NCBI RefSeq assembly: GCF_009914755.1
Contig: NC_060926.1
From: the human T2T-CHM13v2.0 reference genome, Homo sapiens
Strand: one strand, 5' to 3'
Length of the DNA: 64,000 nucleotides
Shown here: in pieces, positions 29,217 to 43,980 of the stretch
Position numbering within the stretch: position 1 is the first letter of the stretch
Layout of the letters: each line of letters starts with the position of its first letter
The notes under the pieces: model-generated
Database searches by the model: none
Seen by the model: only the letters and a program-made list of their open reading frames with translations
What the model was told of the DNA's origin: nothing
Position numbers and translations under genes: made by a program

Positions 29217-30829
29217 TGAATCCACTTTCTTTTCTGCTCCCACCTGGTGCATCCATCTCTACTCTCACCACCCATCTGTGGGTGGGGCTTCCTTCATGTG
29301 GTCATTGCCTGACCAGGCTCCCCGTGCTGTGCTGGTTGCTGGGGTGGTTGCAGTCCTGCCCCAGTCAGAGCAGCGCTCGCATGGCAGCATGTCAAAAGTT
29401 TCTGTGGTGGACATGCCGGCTTGGTGGGAGCTCCCAGGAGGATGCCTGAATCACTCTGGGGATGGAGAGCTGGTGGGGGGCTTCCTGATGAGGTGTCTTA
29501 CATTCTTGAAACCAGGAGGAGGTAGTTAGGTGGTGGAGGGTATTCTGGTGGAGAGAATTGCATGTACAAATATCTGAAGCAAGAGAGTGATGTGTGCTCT
29601 GGATATGGTTCAGGATAGCGGGAAGCCGTGTGTGTGTGCACATGTGCATGTGCATATGTGTGTGTATCTTTGAATATACATTTACTGAGACCCTCCCCTG
29701 CACCAAACACCATTGAGAAAGATGATATTTTTGCTGCTGTGAACAAGACAGTCTGCTAGGAGCCCCCTTTGTGAACAATGATGTGGGCTCTCATGCAGCT
29801 GTGCTGAACCAGCTGTGTTGGGGCCTGGGGACCAGGAGGGCCAGACAGATCGTATTCTTTGGAGCCATATTTATTTGGGTTCCAGTGTGTGACCTAGAGA
29901 CAGATGTTGAACTCTTCTGAGACTCCTCTGTAAAAGCAGAATGTCTTTCTTACACAGCACTTCAGTGCAGTGCTTGGAACATGGAAGGTGCTCAGTATGT
30001 CCTGGTTGCTGGACCCATTCATAGCATTATCAATGCCATCGATCATTTTGGCATTGTGTTTTTCTAGGAAAATGTGTTGTGAATTCCAGCCTTGCACCTC
30101 AGGGGCACGCCTCCCTAGACAGGGACTATTTCACCTGCTCCACCTTGCAGAACTGTCACCTGCCACATTCTGAGCAAAGGGAGATTCTGGTGCAGAGGAG
30201 GCTGGGACAGGCAAGGGTGGCAGGGGCGAAGGGTAGAGGAGTGGGCCAGTGGAGGAAAGCACCTTGTACTTCAACTCTGACCTGGGCTCAGCATTTCACT
30301 GGGTCTCAGAGACCAGACAAGAATCCTGCAGCTGGCCCCCGAATCCGGGATACAGTCCTGTCTGGGCACTTCTCTTTCTCCGTAGGAAACAAGCTGGGAA
30401 CTGTGGACATCAGGGTGCTCTCTGTATCCTTTCTCCCATATTCCCTTTTTCTCATATGTAGCAGGATGTTGAGGGAGATTTGTTTACCCTGCTGTCTTGG
30501 AATTCTAGCTCAGTTTCAAAGCTTAGGGCAAAGGTGCCAAGAATCCCACATTCTCATCTCAGAAGCCACCAGTGAGCCGCTGGCTACTGGGCCCAGCCCC
30601 CTTATTCTCTGGGAGACTCTCCTTGAGGACCTGCCACACCTGCCCTTCAGTACAGAAAGAGGGCATCTCAGAGCTCAGGAAGAGAGGCTGCGGGTGGAGA
30701 GGGGAGGACCCTCTTCCCAAAGCCAAGCAGAGGAAACCAAGTTTAATAGAGAAAATATCTAAAGATGAAAGGGAGGAATCATTTGGAGTGCAAATACATG
30801 AGAGAAGAGTGGAAGTTGAGACACTTGAA

Positions 30830-31129
30830 TTAACCCAGGAAACAAGAGAGAACACCACAAGGAAAAAGAGATAGAAATACAGGAATAAAAATAAAAACGA
30901 GATCTGTTTCTGGGGAATGTAAAAAAGAAAAAAAAGAAAAAACTTGGAAGGACCAAGGAATACAGAAAGGCAGAAAAACACGGCAAAATTAAAAATATAG
31001 AAGAGTAAAAAAGTGCTTATGTAAGCCCAGAAAAAAAGACAGAACTCATCTAGACCAGAGAGAAAGAGATGAAAAAATACAGAATAGAAAAAATTGTAAA
31101 GACGTAATACAGAAAGAAAAATATAGGAA
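30830..31129. repeat. A/GA-rich low-complexity tract
   Basis: Purine-rich with recurring aaatacagaaa/aaatacagga units. Confidence 0.7.
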
Positions 31130-31445
<316 letters not shown>

Positions 31446-31480
31446 ACAGGAAGACAGACAAATATATAAAGACCCCTCCT

Positions 31481-31518
31481 CACACACACACACACATACA
31501 CACACAAAGGCACACACA
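31481..31518. repeat. (CA)n microsatellite, interrupted
   Basis: cacacacacacacacatacacacacaaaggcacacaca. Confidence 0.9.
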
Positions 31519-32808
31519 AGAAAGAAAGTCAAACCGGAAGAGAGACAGGAAGATAGAGATGGGGCTGAGCAGATGAGGGATGGTCCCTTCCTGCCCCTGG
31601 CACAGGCAGGGGCGGGCTTACATCTGTCAGGATACCCCCAAGGCAAGCAATGGCATCTGGAGGTGCTTCTGGGGACCCCGAGGAAGGCAGCCGCGTGTTC
31701 TGCCCACATCAGCCAGTGCAGTCACAGAGAGGTGTGGGCAGGACCCCCAGGGGCCCCCAGACCTCCCAGCCAGGGCCAACCAGGAGGCAGGGAGGGCTCC
31801 TAGGGGCCTGCAGCAGAGGGAGGCGAGGGCAGGTACCACTGTGTTGGAGGTGACCACGCTGGAAGCCCAGGCCACTGGCGACACTTACTACAGAAAGGAA
31901 AGAGAAGAAAAGGAAGGAGAAGGAGGAAGAAAAAAGACTCTGTGGCCTGGGAAGATCTGGCTTGCGACATTTCCCGTGACTCTGCAAGGTGGTTACTGGC
32001 TAGGCAGTTCAGGGCTCACCCCCAAGAGCAGAAAGTGGGGAAGCAATCATAGTGTTGGCCTCTACTTGTCTATAAAAATATTTTAATGTAGCTGCATACT
32101 CCATGTCTGTTGTTGAACTCCATATCTGATGGGCGTCATGTGAGAGGGGCAGCACCTGATGTGTGTCGCAAAAGCTGACATCCAGGCTCCGAGACGTCTT
32201 TCTGTCTACCAGGTGGGAGTGCAGTTATTGATCAGGACTGGACTCTTTCCTGATGATGCCACCTCTGTGCACAGGGAGATGAGAGGGGAGCGGGGAGATT
32301 TAGGAGTAAGCACGGTCAAATCACTCTAAGGACATACAAATGGATCTGGGGCTAGGTACAAGGGGAGGAATGTTTTAAACGCTGCCCTGGACAGGACCCT
32401 GAAGAACTCAGAAGGTGGAAGCAGAAATGATGGCACTGGAAAGGCCTGATGCATTCTGCAGAGGATTGTGCACTCCCTCAGGTTTCTGCTCATCCTGTTT
32501 TAATCAAAAAATGGGATTTTTTGATTACAGGGAGACATCTGTAGCCCGTGGAAGTGGTATTGGGCTGGAAGGCTGGCATGAGGAAGGGGCCATCTGTGGG
32601 TCCGGATGGGTGTGGGGACGTGTGGGAGAAGGGGCCCCATGGGAAATAGTGAGATGCAGAGCATGCTGCTGAGCGTTAGGTGGTCCTGGGTATGGAGCAG
32701 GATGGAGGATAATTGCCAAGAGAGACACTGAGCCCCTCAGCGTGGCTGGAGGGCAGAGTGGGCACAGAACACAGGGCTGGAGGAAGGCATGGGCCAGACA
32801 GGGAAATT

Positions 32809-32849
32809 GAAGCTGTCACAGCTGGGGAAGCTGTCACAGCTGGGGAAGC
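32809..32849. repeat. 18-bp tandem duplication
   Basis: gaagctgtcacagctggg x2 plus partial third copy. Confidence 0.9.
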
Positions 32850-33262
32850 CACCACAGGGGCCTTAAAATGCTGTGGTTGGGAGAAGACCAAGGACACCCA
32901 GACCGAGGAGGGACACTCCTAGGCTGCGATGGTGGAAGGTGGGTGGCTGGGCCAAGAGAACATGCAAGGACAATCTGAGCACTCACTCACTCAGTGAACT
33001 GCCACCTCAGGCCCAGTGTTTTGCTAGTGCTGGGCACCCTGGCCTCCTGTTGAACAGGTCAAGGAGGGACTGTGATCACCTTTAACAATTAGGGGAGGCA
33101 GAGTGTATCAGCTAAAGTGCTTGTCTGCTGTGGTTTAACTAAAGAGGGGCTTGCTGTTCTCCCCCAATGAGAAGACAGAGGTAGGCAGCCTAGGACTCAG
33201 GCTGTGGCTCCATGACAAAGAAGGGCCAGGGCTCTTACTCTCTCCGTCCTCTCTGTCCCCAG

Positions 33263-33687
33263 GTTGTAGATTGAATTCTGTCCTTGAAAAAGATATGTTC
33301 AAGTCCTAACCCGCAGTACCTGTGAATGTGACCCTGTTGGAAATAGGGTCTTTGCAGATGGAATCAAATTAGGTCACACTGGAGTAGGGTGGGCTTTAAC
33401 CCAATATGACTGCTGTCTTTATAAGAAGAGCAGAGACTCATGGAAGAAGGCTTTATGCTGGTGGAGGCAGCAATGGGAGTGAAGCAGCTGTAAGCCAAGG
33501 AATGTTGGAGACCACTGGCAACCACCAGAAGCCAGAAGAGGAAAGAAAGAACCTTCAGAGGTGGCATGGAACTGCTGACACCTTGATTTCAGACTTCTAG
33601 CCTCCAGAACTGCGAGAGAATACATTTCTGTTTTTAGCCACTAGGATTGTGGTAAGGAGTTACAGCAGCCCTAGGGAACCAATATAC
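33263..33687 (+). mobile_element. MLT1B/C-like LTR, probably nested in an older MLT1 (J/K/L-like) LTR spanning ~33105-33910
   Basis: gtacctgtgaatgtgaccctgttggaaatagggtctttgcagatg...ctgacaccttgatttcagacttctagcctccagaactgcgagagaataca...cagcagccctaggga. Confidence 0.85.
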
Positions 33688-35929
33688 CTCCATAGTGCAG
33701 CCTTTAAAACTGTTCTCAAGGTCACATGGTGGCTGAGTTCCAAGCAGGTAGGTGCAGAAAGGACAAAGAGAAAAAGGCGGTATCTTGTTATCAGGAAAAC
33801 AGTAGCTTTTACAGAGGAGCTTCCCGGTAGACAACTGCCTGTTCTCATTGGCAAGGGAGGTTACATGTCTAACCCTAGCGGCTAGGGAGTATGGGGAGGT
33901 GAGATTTAAAAAAAAAGAAATCCATTTTTATATATAAAAATTATATAATATATAAATGTATAATAATATATATTACATATAATTTACATGAATTAAAATT
34001 AACCAATTTTAAATGTACAACTAACCAGTTTTGACAAATGCATATGTCATATAACCACCACTAGCATCTGGATATAGGACATTTCTGTCACCCACAAAGT
34101 TCCTTTGTGCAACTTTGCAGTCAATCCCTTCCTCATCCCCAACTCCTGGAAACTACTTATCTTTCTTTCATTGTAAATTTGCCTTTTCTATAATTTAATA
34201 GAAATGGAACAGCTTAGGTTTGTTCCTCTTTATTGTGAAGTGGTATTCGTTTGTGTAGGTGTATACAATTTGTTTACCCATTAAGCAGGTGGTAGATGTA
34301 CGCACTGCTTCCTGTGTTGGCTATTATGAATAAAGCTTCTGTGAACAATTTTATATGTGACTTTATGTGGACATATGTTTTTGTTTATCTTGTGTAAATA
34401 CCGAGGGGTGGAATGGCTGGGTTCTTCTATAGGTATAGGTTTAACTTAATCAGAAATTGCCCAGCTGTTTCTAAAGTGGCTGTAACATTTTACACTCCCA
34501 TCAGCAATGATTTTAGTTGCTCCACATCCTCACCAATACTCGGTTTTGCAAGTCTTACTCATTTTAGCCATTTTAGTGGGTGCGTAGTACCTTCTCATTG
34601 TGGTCTTAATCTGCGTTTCTCAGATCTTCTTCATGTGTTTATTTGCTATTCATTTTGTCTTCTTTGGTGAAGTGTGTGTTCAGATTTTCTGTCCATCTGT
34701 TAAACTGGGTTTTGTTTTCCTGTGACTGAGCTGTAGATGTCTTTACAAATTCTGTACAGAAATCCTTTATTATATGAGATTGCATAGATTTTTGCCTCAT
34801 CCATTACCTGCCTTTTCATTTGCTTCACAGTGTATTTAAATTTTGAAAACATTCAAAATTTGTGTCTTATCTCACAAAATCTAAACCAAGGTCACTAAGA
34901 TTTTCTGTTAGGTTTTCATCTAGAAACTTTGTAGATTTAGTGTTTACATTTAGGTCTATGATTCTCTTTGGGCTAGCTTTTGTATATGGTATGAAGTAAA
35001 GGATAAGGTTCATTTATTTCTTTGTTTTTTCATGTGGATGTTCAATTGTTTTAGTGCCATTTGTTGAAAAATTGTTTTCCCCTCATTCAATTACCTTGGT
35101 ACCTTTGTAGAAAATCAGTAGACCATATACATATGTGGCTCTGTTTCTGAACTCTCTACTGTGTTCTATTCACTCATGTTTCTATCCTTACCCCAATACC
35201 GTACTGTTGCGTTTACTATAGCTTTATAGGAAGCCTTAAAATGAGGCAGTGTGAATCCTCCAATGCTTCTTTTCTCAAAATGGTTTTGACTTTTCTAGGT
35301 CCTCTGTATTCTTTTACAAATTTTCTAATTAGCTTGTATGGTTCTACCATACTCACACAAAATAAGGTCTGCTGGCATTCATTTTGATTGGCATTGTGTT
35401 GCATCTATAGATCAATATGGGGAGAAGTGACATCTTAGCAATATCGAGTTCTCTGACCTATGAACACAATGTATAGTTCTCCGTTTTTTTAAGTGGTCTT
35501 TTAAAATTTCGTTCTGTGAAGTTTTTTTAGTTTTCATATATAGATCTTACATTTTATAAAATAAAAATATATTTTATAATATAAATATAAAATATATTTT
35601 ATAAAATGTATCCTTAAGGATTTCACATTTTTGATGCTATTGTAAATGGCATTTTTATTTTGAGTTCCAGTTCATTGCTAGAATATAGAAATACAATTGA
35701 TTTTTGTATATCAATCTTGTACTTTGTGCCTTTCTTTAACTCAGTAGTTCCAGTAGCTTTGTTGCCAGAAGATGGGCCTTGATTCAAATCCCAAGAGGGG
35801 GTTCTTGGATCATGTGCAGGAAGGAATTCAAGGCAAGTCACAGTGCAGTGAGAAGAGATCATTTATTGAAAACTACTCAGTTACAGAGTAGGGTGTCCTC
35901 AGAAAGCAAGAGGAGGAATGTGCAGTCTT

Positions 35930-36253
35930 TGTGTTTTGTTGTTGTTGTTGGGTTTTTGTTTTCGTTTTTTTAAGATAAGGTCTCCCTCTGTTGCCCAGGC
36001 TGGAGTGCAGTGATACGATCATGGCTCACTGCACCTTGACCCTCTCAGGCTCAGGTGATACTTCCACTTCAGCCTCCCAAGTAGCTGAAACTACAGGCAC
36101 CCACCATCACGCCCAGCTAATTTTTGTGTTTTTTGTAGAGACGGGGTTTCACCATGTTGCCCAGGCTGGTCTTGAACTCCTGGGCTCAAGTGATCCACCC
36201 ACCTCAGCCTCTAAAGTGCTGGGATTACAGGCGTGAGCCACCACGCCTGGGCC
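35930..36253 (-). mobile_element. Alu (AluJ-type) within LTR
   Basis: (GTT)-decayed tail; ctcctgggctcaagtgatcc. Confidence 0.95.
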
Positions 36254-36365
36254 ATCTTTGTTTTAAACCCTTCTTATATAGGGGTCTTATCTTTGTAAAG
36301 GCTAAGCTAAGTTCTGTCTATGTGTGGGAGAGCTGACAGCATGGCAAAATTTACTATTCTGTTGA

Positions 36366-36675
<310 letters not shown>

Positions 36676-36958
36676 CCTTGTTTTTTTTATTGAATAAGTA
36701 CCTAAAAGCATAAATATAATTATCTTAAAATCATATATCGTTATGGTTATTGGGACATCTGGACTTTCCTTTGTTGTAAGATTGTGTTCTTTCAGGTACA
36801 TTTAAGCTGTTTTCTCAACTGTAAACATCTTATGACCATGGTTCATGACTGGCAAGGAATGTGCCTTGCTAGTTTTAAGATGGAGTTGATTTTAAAATGA
36901 TGTCACCTTGGTTCTCCTGTGCTCCTATTTCTCTAACAGCTTTATTATATATTTCTTA

Positions 36959-37269
36959 GGCTGGGCACAGTGGCTCACACCTGTAATTCCAGCAACTTTG
37001 GGAGGCCAATGCTGGCAGATCACTCGAGCCCAGGAGTTTGAGACCAGATCCAGCAACACAGCAAGACCCTATCTCTACTGAAAATTCAGAAGAGTTAGCC
37101 ATGCATGGTGTTGTGCACCTGTAGTCCCGGCTACCCAGAAGGCTGAGGTTGGGAGGATTGCAAGAACCCAGGAGGTCAAGGCTGCAGTGAGCCATGATCA
37201 TGCCACTGCAGTCAAGCCTGGGTGACAGGAGTGAGACCCTGTCTCAAAAATAAATAAATAAATAAATAT
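36959..37269 (+). mobile_element. Alu (AluJ-type)
   Basis: gaggtcaaggctgcagtgagccatgatc, (TAAA)n tail, TSD atatttctta. Confidence 0.95.
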
Positions 37270-37334
37270 TTCTTAAGATTTTTCTACATAGACAATCATG
37301 TCTTTTTGAGTGGAGTCAGTCTTACTTACTCCTT

Positions 37335-37511
37335 TTTGTTTGTTTTGGAGTTTTTTTGAGACAGGGTCTCACTGTGTCACCCAGGCTAGAGTGCAATGGC
37401 ATGATCTTGGCTCAGTATACCCAGGCTCAAGCAATCCTCCCACCTCAGCCCTCTGAGCTCCTCGGCCTCCCAAAGTGCTGGGTGTGCAGGTTTAAGCCAC
37501 TGTGCCTGGCC
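37335..37511 (-). mobile_element. Internally deleted Alu (AluJ-type)
   Basis: Both Alu ends present but only ~175 bp. Confidence 0.85.
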
Positions 37512-37980
37512 TACTTATTCCTTTTTAATCTCCTTTAATTTCCTTTTCTTGCCTTATTGCCCTGGCTAGAATCTCCATTTTGGTGTTGAAAGGAAGTGCT
37601 GATAACAGACATCCTCATCTTCTACTTGAACTTAAGGGGAAAGCACTCAGCCTTTACCTTTAAGTATGATGTTAGCTGACATTTTTTGTAGATCCTCTGC
37701 AGGAAAGTATTTTTTTAATTGGCTGTATGGCTGCCCAAATCTATTTGAGGCTTTTCAAGAAAAGAAAGGCGAATGGATATGGGGAAACTTCTTTATGCAT
37801 TCAGCTCTTTGTCTTAGCTGTGTGATGCTTTATCAGGAAATAGTCATATCTTTTCATTCAAAGATTTAAGTATGGGATGTTGTTGATATTAAATGTGACC
37901 ATGTGTGATCATCCATCTTTATAAACAGCATGCTTGGGAGGGGCAGGTTTTGCCAGGGAACTAACTCACTCTCAGTCCAT

Positions 37981-38190
37981 TGGGAGGCAGTGTAGCCCAT
38001 GGTTAGGGATGTGGGCTCAGAGGCCTGGGCACCCTGTTCCAACTCAGCTCTGCAACCTTGTCCAAGTTACTGAACATTTCTGTGTTGCAATTTCCTACCT
38101 GCAAAATGAAGATCTTAATAAAATCTACTTCCAGAGCTTCTGAAGACTTAATGAGCAAATACAATTAAGTGCTTAAAACAGAGCCTGTTT
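37981..38190 (+). mobile_element. MIR
   Basis: gaggcagtgtagc.catggttag...caagttactgaac...tttcctacctgcaaaatg...aagtgcttaaaacagagcctg. Confidence 0.8.
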
Positions 38191-40684
38191 TCTGGTGCAT
38201 TTTTAAGAAGGACTTAGTTGGCATAAGACTGTATTTACACATAGGTTTTCAGTAGCATGTTTATTGCCTGAAGCAAAGAACAGCCATATCATTTTTTAAA
38301 TCCCCTCCTGGAACCTCGTATTAAGGTTTTTTTAAGATGAGAGAGTTGATTTCTGTTGTTTCACAATATTGTTTGTGCAATACATATATTTTAAAATCTT
38401 GTGCATTGCATAGGCAATTAGAGGGTTATAATGGTTGCCAGCAATACTCTCGAAGTTAATGCTGTCTCTGCACTTGGAGGCCGAGCCAGAATTTGACCTT
38501 CTGATGTGTTCATTTTGACCACTTGACAGCAGAATGGTGTGTAGAGCCTATACTGCTCCTAGGTCAGCCCATCTGGGCGTGAGGATCACTGTGAAGCCCG
38601 CAGTTGGCTTCAGCCTCTTATTTCCTACCAATAAACTCTAATTCAAGGGGACAGAGGCTTCTCAGTCAGTTGCTTTCCTATTCTAGGAATGCTGCCTTTC
38701 CATCAGCATGCCCCAAGACCTGGGTGCTCTTCTTCCTGCCTGGGGCGGGTCTGGAGGTGGGGCCAGGGAGCCTCTTGCCAGCAGGGGTGAGGTTACACTG
38801 AGCCTGCTCCAATGTCCTGCAACAGCACCAAGATATTGACATATAAGGAAGAGCACTTGGGAGCTGGCTGGTAGGCCTTCAAGGGGCCTTTCCTCTTCAC
38901 TTGAACTTGTTGTGGTTTTTTTTCCTTTTTCCTCATACTCTGAGGGGTGCAGTCGTAGCCAGCTTTGCACAGGGCTTTCTGCAAAGTTTCCCACCTGAAG
39001 TCCCTTCTTCAGGCAGGGGTCTGCATTGCACAGCCAGTTAGTTTTCTGTCCCTGGTTTTCTTTTGATCAGGCCAGTGAAAAACTTACTCTACACATTGAG
39101 TTTAAAAAAAAAAAGCAATTAAAAAGTGCCCTTGATTCTATTTGGACACATGTGCACAGTGTTTTATTCTTCTCTGCCTCCCATGCAATGGTGGGGGATA
39201 GTCGGTGCATGATTAGGAGGTTAAACCATATTAACTGGGATTTCCTGGTGTTGTCCTTTACAGTGGAATGGGTAGAGCTTCAGCATCTCCTTCCAGAACT
39301 TCCAGAAGTGTCTGGCCAGCTCTTGTCCTCCCCCTGCCAAGATGTTCTGCTGCAGGCTGTTCCCTGAGAGTTGCATGCATCTGCCACACCCTTTCAGTTG
39401 TAATTGTGACACCAGTGCAGAGAGATATCAATTCAGGGAGCAAAGCAGACATTATCCTTTCCCTCGATTGTCATGAGATGCCCCAGTTAGGTGTGGATCC
39501 CGAGGCACCCATGACATTGTCCTCCAAACTGTGCCTGCGGCCCCAGGTGATGTTGCTAAATTATACATGGGTAGAGGCTTTCAGCAGCGCTGTTTTTCCA
39601 CCGGAGCACAAAGCACTGTGTTACAGGAGGGATTTTACATGTGGATCTCCAGGCCCCGCAGAAACCGCAGAGCTGCAGGGAAGCAAGTAACTATTTAACT
39701 GAGAGGGCACGTCAGGGTGTGAGTTAAATACAAATGAGAAGCAGATACATTGAGTGTAACTTTCTATTTGAGTTATTTCCTTGAGCACAAAAAAAAAAAA
39801 TGCTAAAAGTTTAAGTATTAAACCCATGTGGTTTTCGAAACAAAGAAAGTCAAGAAGGAACAAAGAAAAGTTTTACGGGCCACATTTAACTCTCCTGTCT
39901 GGTCAGATAAGAATCTGAGACCTTCAGCTCCTCCTAAATGATGGTAATTACTAGTTTTGTGATTCGGTATCTTTCTGTTCTCTGTGCCTTCTTCATTCTT
40001 ATTTTACTCTAGTTATATTAATATGTCCTCACTTCCCTCCAACTAAAACACAAAGCAAAGAAAAAAGACTCACTTCATTAGAGTGATTGAAAGACTATCT
40101 TGCACAGAGTAGATGCAGAAAAGCTATTTGTCACATGCATAAATGACATCCCCATCACTCTGGATCCTATCTCCAGGTTTATGTTAATTCCTCACATATA
40201 TCAAACATGGCAGCTAGTCAGTGCCAATTCTTGAGACATAACATGTTTGAGAAACACTTTGGAAACAAATGGAAACTCCTGACTGCAAGGGAAGGAAGGA
40301 GGGAACGTGGGCTGGTTATGTTGAGGATTAGATTCAAGTAGTTTGTTCTGGTATTTTGAATTCTTCAGGCAGTAAGTGACCCAATCAGAACAGCCTCACT
40401 TGATCTGTGCCTGCATTCTCCCCTTCACGTGTTTCTCTAACGTCTGTGACCTCCATTAGTATAAATTAATATAAGCATGGAAACAGGGCTTCTCTACATG
40501 TATGATATTTATTCATCTAACAAGCAGTTTTTGCAGGTCACAGAGGCCAGCCTACAGAAGGTTCTGCACTGTATCCATGCTTAATGTAGTACTGAAAATT
40601 TGGATGTTTGCCGTCTGTCTTGCTATTAAGTTAGACTCTCTCACAATATCCTCAATGGTGATTTTTCTTCTGTCGATTGGACAG

Positions 40685-40772
40685 GTAAAGACCAAGAAGG
40701 AGGATTTTTTCCATGCCTGGAACTCGTGTCTGCACCACGTGGCTTCTCTGTCCCTGGCACACACTCACCGAG
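40685..40772 (+). CDS. ACOXL: Internal coding exon of ACOXL (88 nt, phase 0 / phase 1)
   Basis: Acceptor tttttcttctgtcgattggacag| and donor GAG|gtcagt. Encodes [29 protein letters not shown]; the 'AWN....L..AH' segment resembles the acyl-CoA oxidase C-terminal domain. Confidence 0.93.
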
Positions 40773-41249
40773 GTCAGTTGGCTCCTGTTGAATATTTGTA
40801 ATTGAGTGACTCAGGGGTCTACGGGTCCCTGGAGACACAGCTCTGCAGGGAAAGGACAGTCCCAACACACAGGGAAGGGACAGTCCGTGTGTTGAATTTA
40901 GGGCCCCAAGTGACTTACAGAGACTTGAAGCTTGTGGTAAATCAACTCCCAACTTACTAGGAACACTGACCATATGACACCCACAAAGCCTGATGCTAAA
41001 CCAGTCAGGAACAGCTCACTTAACACAACCTGACAATCACACGAAGCACTTGACAGGAGCCAGTTGGCAAAATGCCTGTCCCTCAGAAGTGGCCCTCTGC
41101 CTGACCATGATCTCGTTCCTAAACGGGAGGGTGTGCACACAGATAAAGTGAGAGTGTTTTAACAGGGGTCCTGCCTGAGGAATTTTAAGTACCAGAATTA
41201 CTTAGACCTCATCATCAAATTAGCAAGAAACTGGGTCAACCTTCTAAAG

Positions 41250-41463
41250 CAGTGGTTCTCAACCAGGGGCAATTTTGCAACGTTTGGATGTTTGGCAATG
41301 TTTAGAGACGTTTTTGGTTGTCACACTGAGAGGGGTAGTGCCACTGGTGCGCAGTGGGTGGAGGCCAGGGATACTGCTAACATGCTACAGGGCACAGACC
41401 GCTCCCCTGCAACCAAGAATTATCTAGCCCCAAATGACAGTAATGCTGAGATTGAGAAACTTG
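41250..41463 (+). mobile_element. MER20 (hAT-Charlie) DNA transposon
   Basis: cagtggttctcaaccaggggcaattttgc...gaattatctagccccaaatgacagtaatgctgagattgagaaac. Confidence 0.9.
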
Positions 41464-43084
41464 AGTATTCATTTTGGCTTCAGTCGACCAAAATAGCAAA
41501 ATAAAATGAAACACTGAACACCAAGTAAGATCCATGACGGCTTATCATTGAAATTATTGTTTAATTTCAAGAATCGTCAGTTTGTTTCTCATCATGTCCT
41601 GATCTATGGGAAGAAGCTGTTAAAAGAGAAAGGCCAGTTGTTCACTGAGTTGGTAGCTTTATGGGATTTTTCATCACACTGGGTCACTGCTGGCCCTGGG
41701 AGGGCTGGGTTTGGTCATACCACAGCTTGCATCTGGGGCACTATCTCATGGGATGGAGATGGGCTCCTCGGTGGGATCAGGGCAGGTATTATGGCCAGGA
41801 ACCTAGGAGTGTGCCTGCGTCCAACACAACCTCCCAGCCTGACCATCCCCCTTCCTCCCTGACTGGGCAGTTCCAAAAGAGCAAAGTGCATGTGATTCAG
41901 TGCCATGTGACTATACCTGCAGGAATGTGTGGGAGCCGCCCTAGGAGCTCTGATGAGAGCTGGATTGGAGTGAGTGCTTTAGGCTCAGACTGAGCCCAGC
42001 TTCTTCCTTCCTTCTAAGGACCAGCTCTTGGGACCTTGCACCTTTGGGTGAGCCTCCTAACACAGGGCTCTGGAGTAAACGTGCCGAGAGCACAGGTTTC
42101 TCATGGGACGGGAAGCAGGGGCCCCATGGGAACACCTCCCCAGAGACTGGTCTCCACCCAGTGACCACACTCTGAAATGACCATGACCGCATTGGCCTTC
42201 CTGATTCTGACTGAGTTCCACTTTCTGCTTCCTGGGACATGGAGGAGGAGCGAGGAGAGGGACCAGGAGCATCAGGGACTATGGGTCATGAAGGCACAGG
42301 ATTGGGTCCCGTCATTTGCAGACTCAACATTTTTAATGTATTGCCCACCCACAGTGTATCAGGCTCAGAGAAACTGACTTATCTTAATTGAACTCAAAAA
42401 TGAGTCATATTTAAATCTAAATGCCAGTTTATTCATCAGAAAGAAAATCCAGCCACCAAGTCATCAGTACATGCCCTATCTGTTCTACGAGCATATCTTC
42501 AGATAGAATTCAGTTATAATTAGGAGGTTGCAGGAAGTCACACTATCAAGACAGCTCGTGTCCTCAGGCCTGGCTGGAGATCTGAGTGTCCCCTGTGACC
42601 TGCTCCAGACCCTAGAGCCCACAGTGTGTCTACTTCCCTGGACTATCTCCATACACTCAGCATCAACCTCATTCCTTTAAGAAATTTATGTAAACCACCC
42701 TTCTTCTGTTGGTGGGTTATTTCTTCAGATTTGCCGATCGGGTTGAAACATATCTGGGGTATGAAACAGTACTTGAGACACCCTGATTGAAGGCGACTGT
42801 GTCTTGGGCCTTCTCATTCACTGTAGGTAGACTTGTACTGGCTTCACTCTCAGGGGTGGTGTGGCCCTGGCTCCTCCCTCTGGGCCCCTATGTACTGACC
42901 ACAGATATCGCCCTTCCTGGGACATGAGGATGGACTATATGGACTCCTGGTGCAAAACTTCTAAGCATTCAGAAATGTGATCAAGTTTGAAAAGGAAGGG
43001 GGAAGTCAAAGAATCACTGCACAATTCATTTCACCTTAGAAACATGACAGTTGAGCCTTGGGCTGCACAGCCTGCTTGCTGAGA

Positions 43085-43350
43085 GCACAGTGGAGCTTAG
43101 TGAGGACTGAGGATGGGGGCTCTGGAGTCAGGTCACCAGGTTCAGATCCCGGCTTTACCTCTACCAGCTGTGTGACTGTGAGTGAGTTACAAACCCTCTC
43201 TGAGCTTCAGTTTCTTCCTCATTTATAAAATGTAGAGAGCATGATATTTACCTCGTGGGGCTGTTGGAAATATTAAATGAGACAACGCTCCAAAGCTCTT
43301 GCCTTTGCATCTGGCTCTTTGTTAATGTTTAATAAAACCTTTTTATTACT
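43085..43350 (+). mobile_element. MIR
   Basis: ggctctggagtcag...ttcagatcccggct...agctgtgtgac...ctctctgagcttcagtttc. Confidence 0.85.
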
Positions 43351-43980
43351 GCTAATCACTACTCTAGGAAAACCTTAGTTCTTATAACCAAAGTAGAACA
43401 TTTTCGACCTTGTTCCTTAAAGGGAAGAAAAAGAGGAAAATGAAACAGGTTAAGTCTGAGTGTATGAGGTCTTCACACCCGGAGAAAATATCAAGGATTT
43501 GATGATGGCACAGTACAAAATAAATCCAAATCAACCCTGAACCTTTTATTGGTTCATAACCACAGTAGCACAAGTGATTATTTTCAGGAAACTGGCTTCA
43601 GGTTCAATGTCAGATAAAGAGGACTTGGAAGTATAAAGAAAGTAATGGAAGAAAAATCATAAGAATTAGTTCAATGACAGCATTTAGAAAGCCCAGGAAT
43701 GTTTTGAAATCGAGAAATCCATCTGTAATGAGGAGGTCTGTACAGAACGGGTCCTAAAGATAAGGATGCACTAAACATAACACTAGCCAGTAAAATTTCA
43801 CCAGCGTATCATTACATTCAAATAGCATGTTACCCTCTGGCAGAGGCCTCCAGGGGATGGGAGAAGAAGTAGAAGGAGCCCATCTGTCTTCAGTGACCAG
43901 ACCCAGATGTTGCCTTTGGAGCCTTTTGAAGGAAGAATGCATAGGAAGGAAGAGAAGGATCAGTCTGTTAAAGCACAGTC

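Noticed and set aside
29626-29668. (TG/CA) alternating tract
   Set aside because: Ordinary short purine-pyrimidine microsatellite
30079-30762. 227-aa ORF on + strand
   Set aside because: Non-ATG start, no recognisable domain, no splice support; long frames arise by chance in this GC-richer stretch
40502-40801. 99-aa ORF (and similarly 58229-58462) as stand-alone genes
   Set aside because: Only the portions between splice sites are ACOXL coding; the rest is intronic read-through
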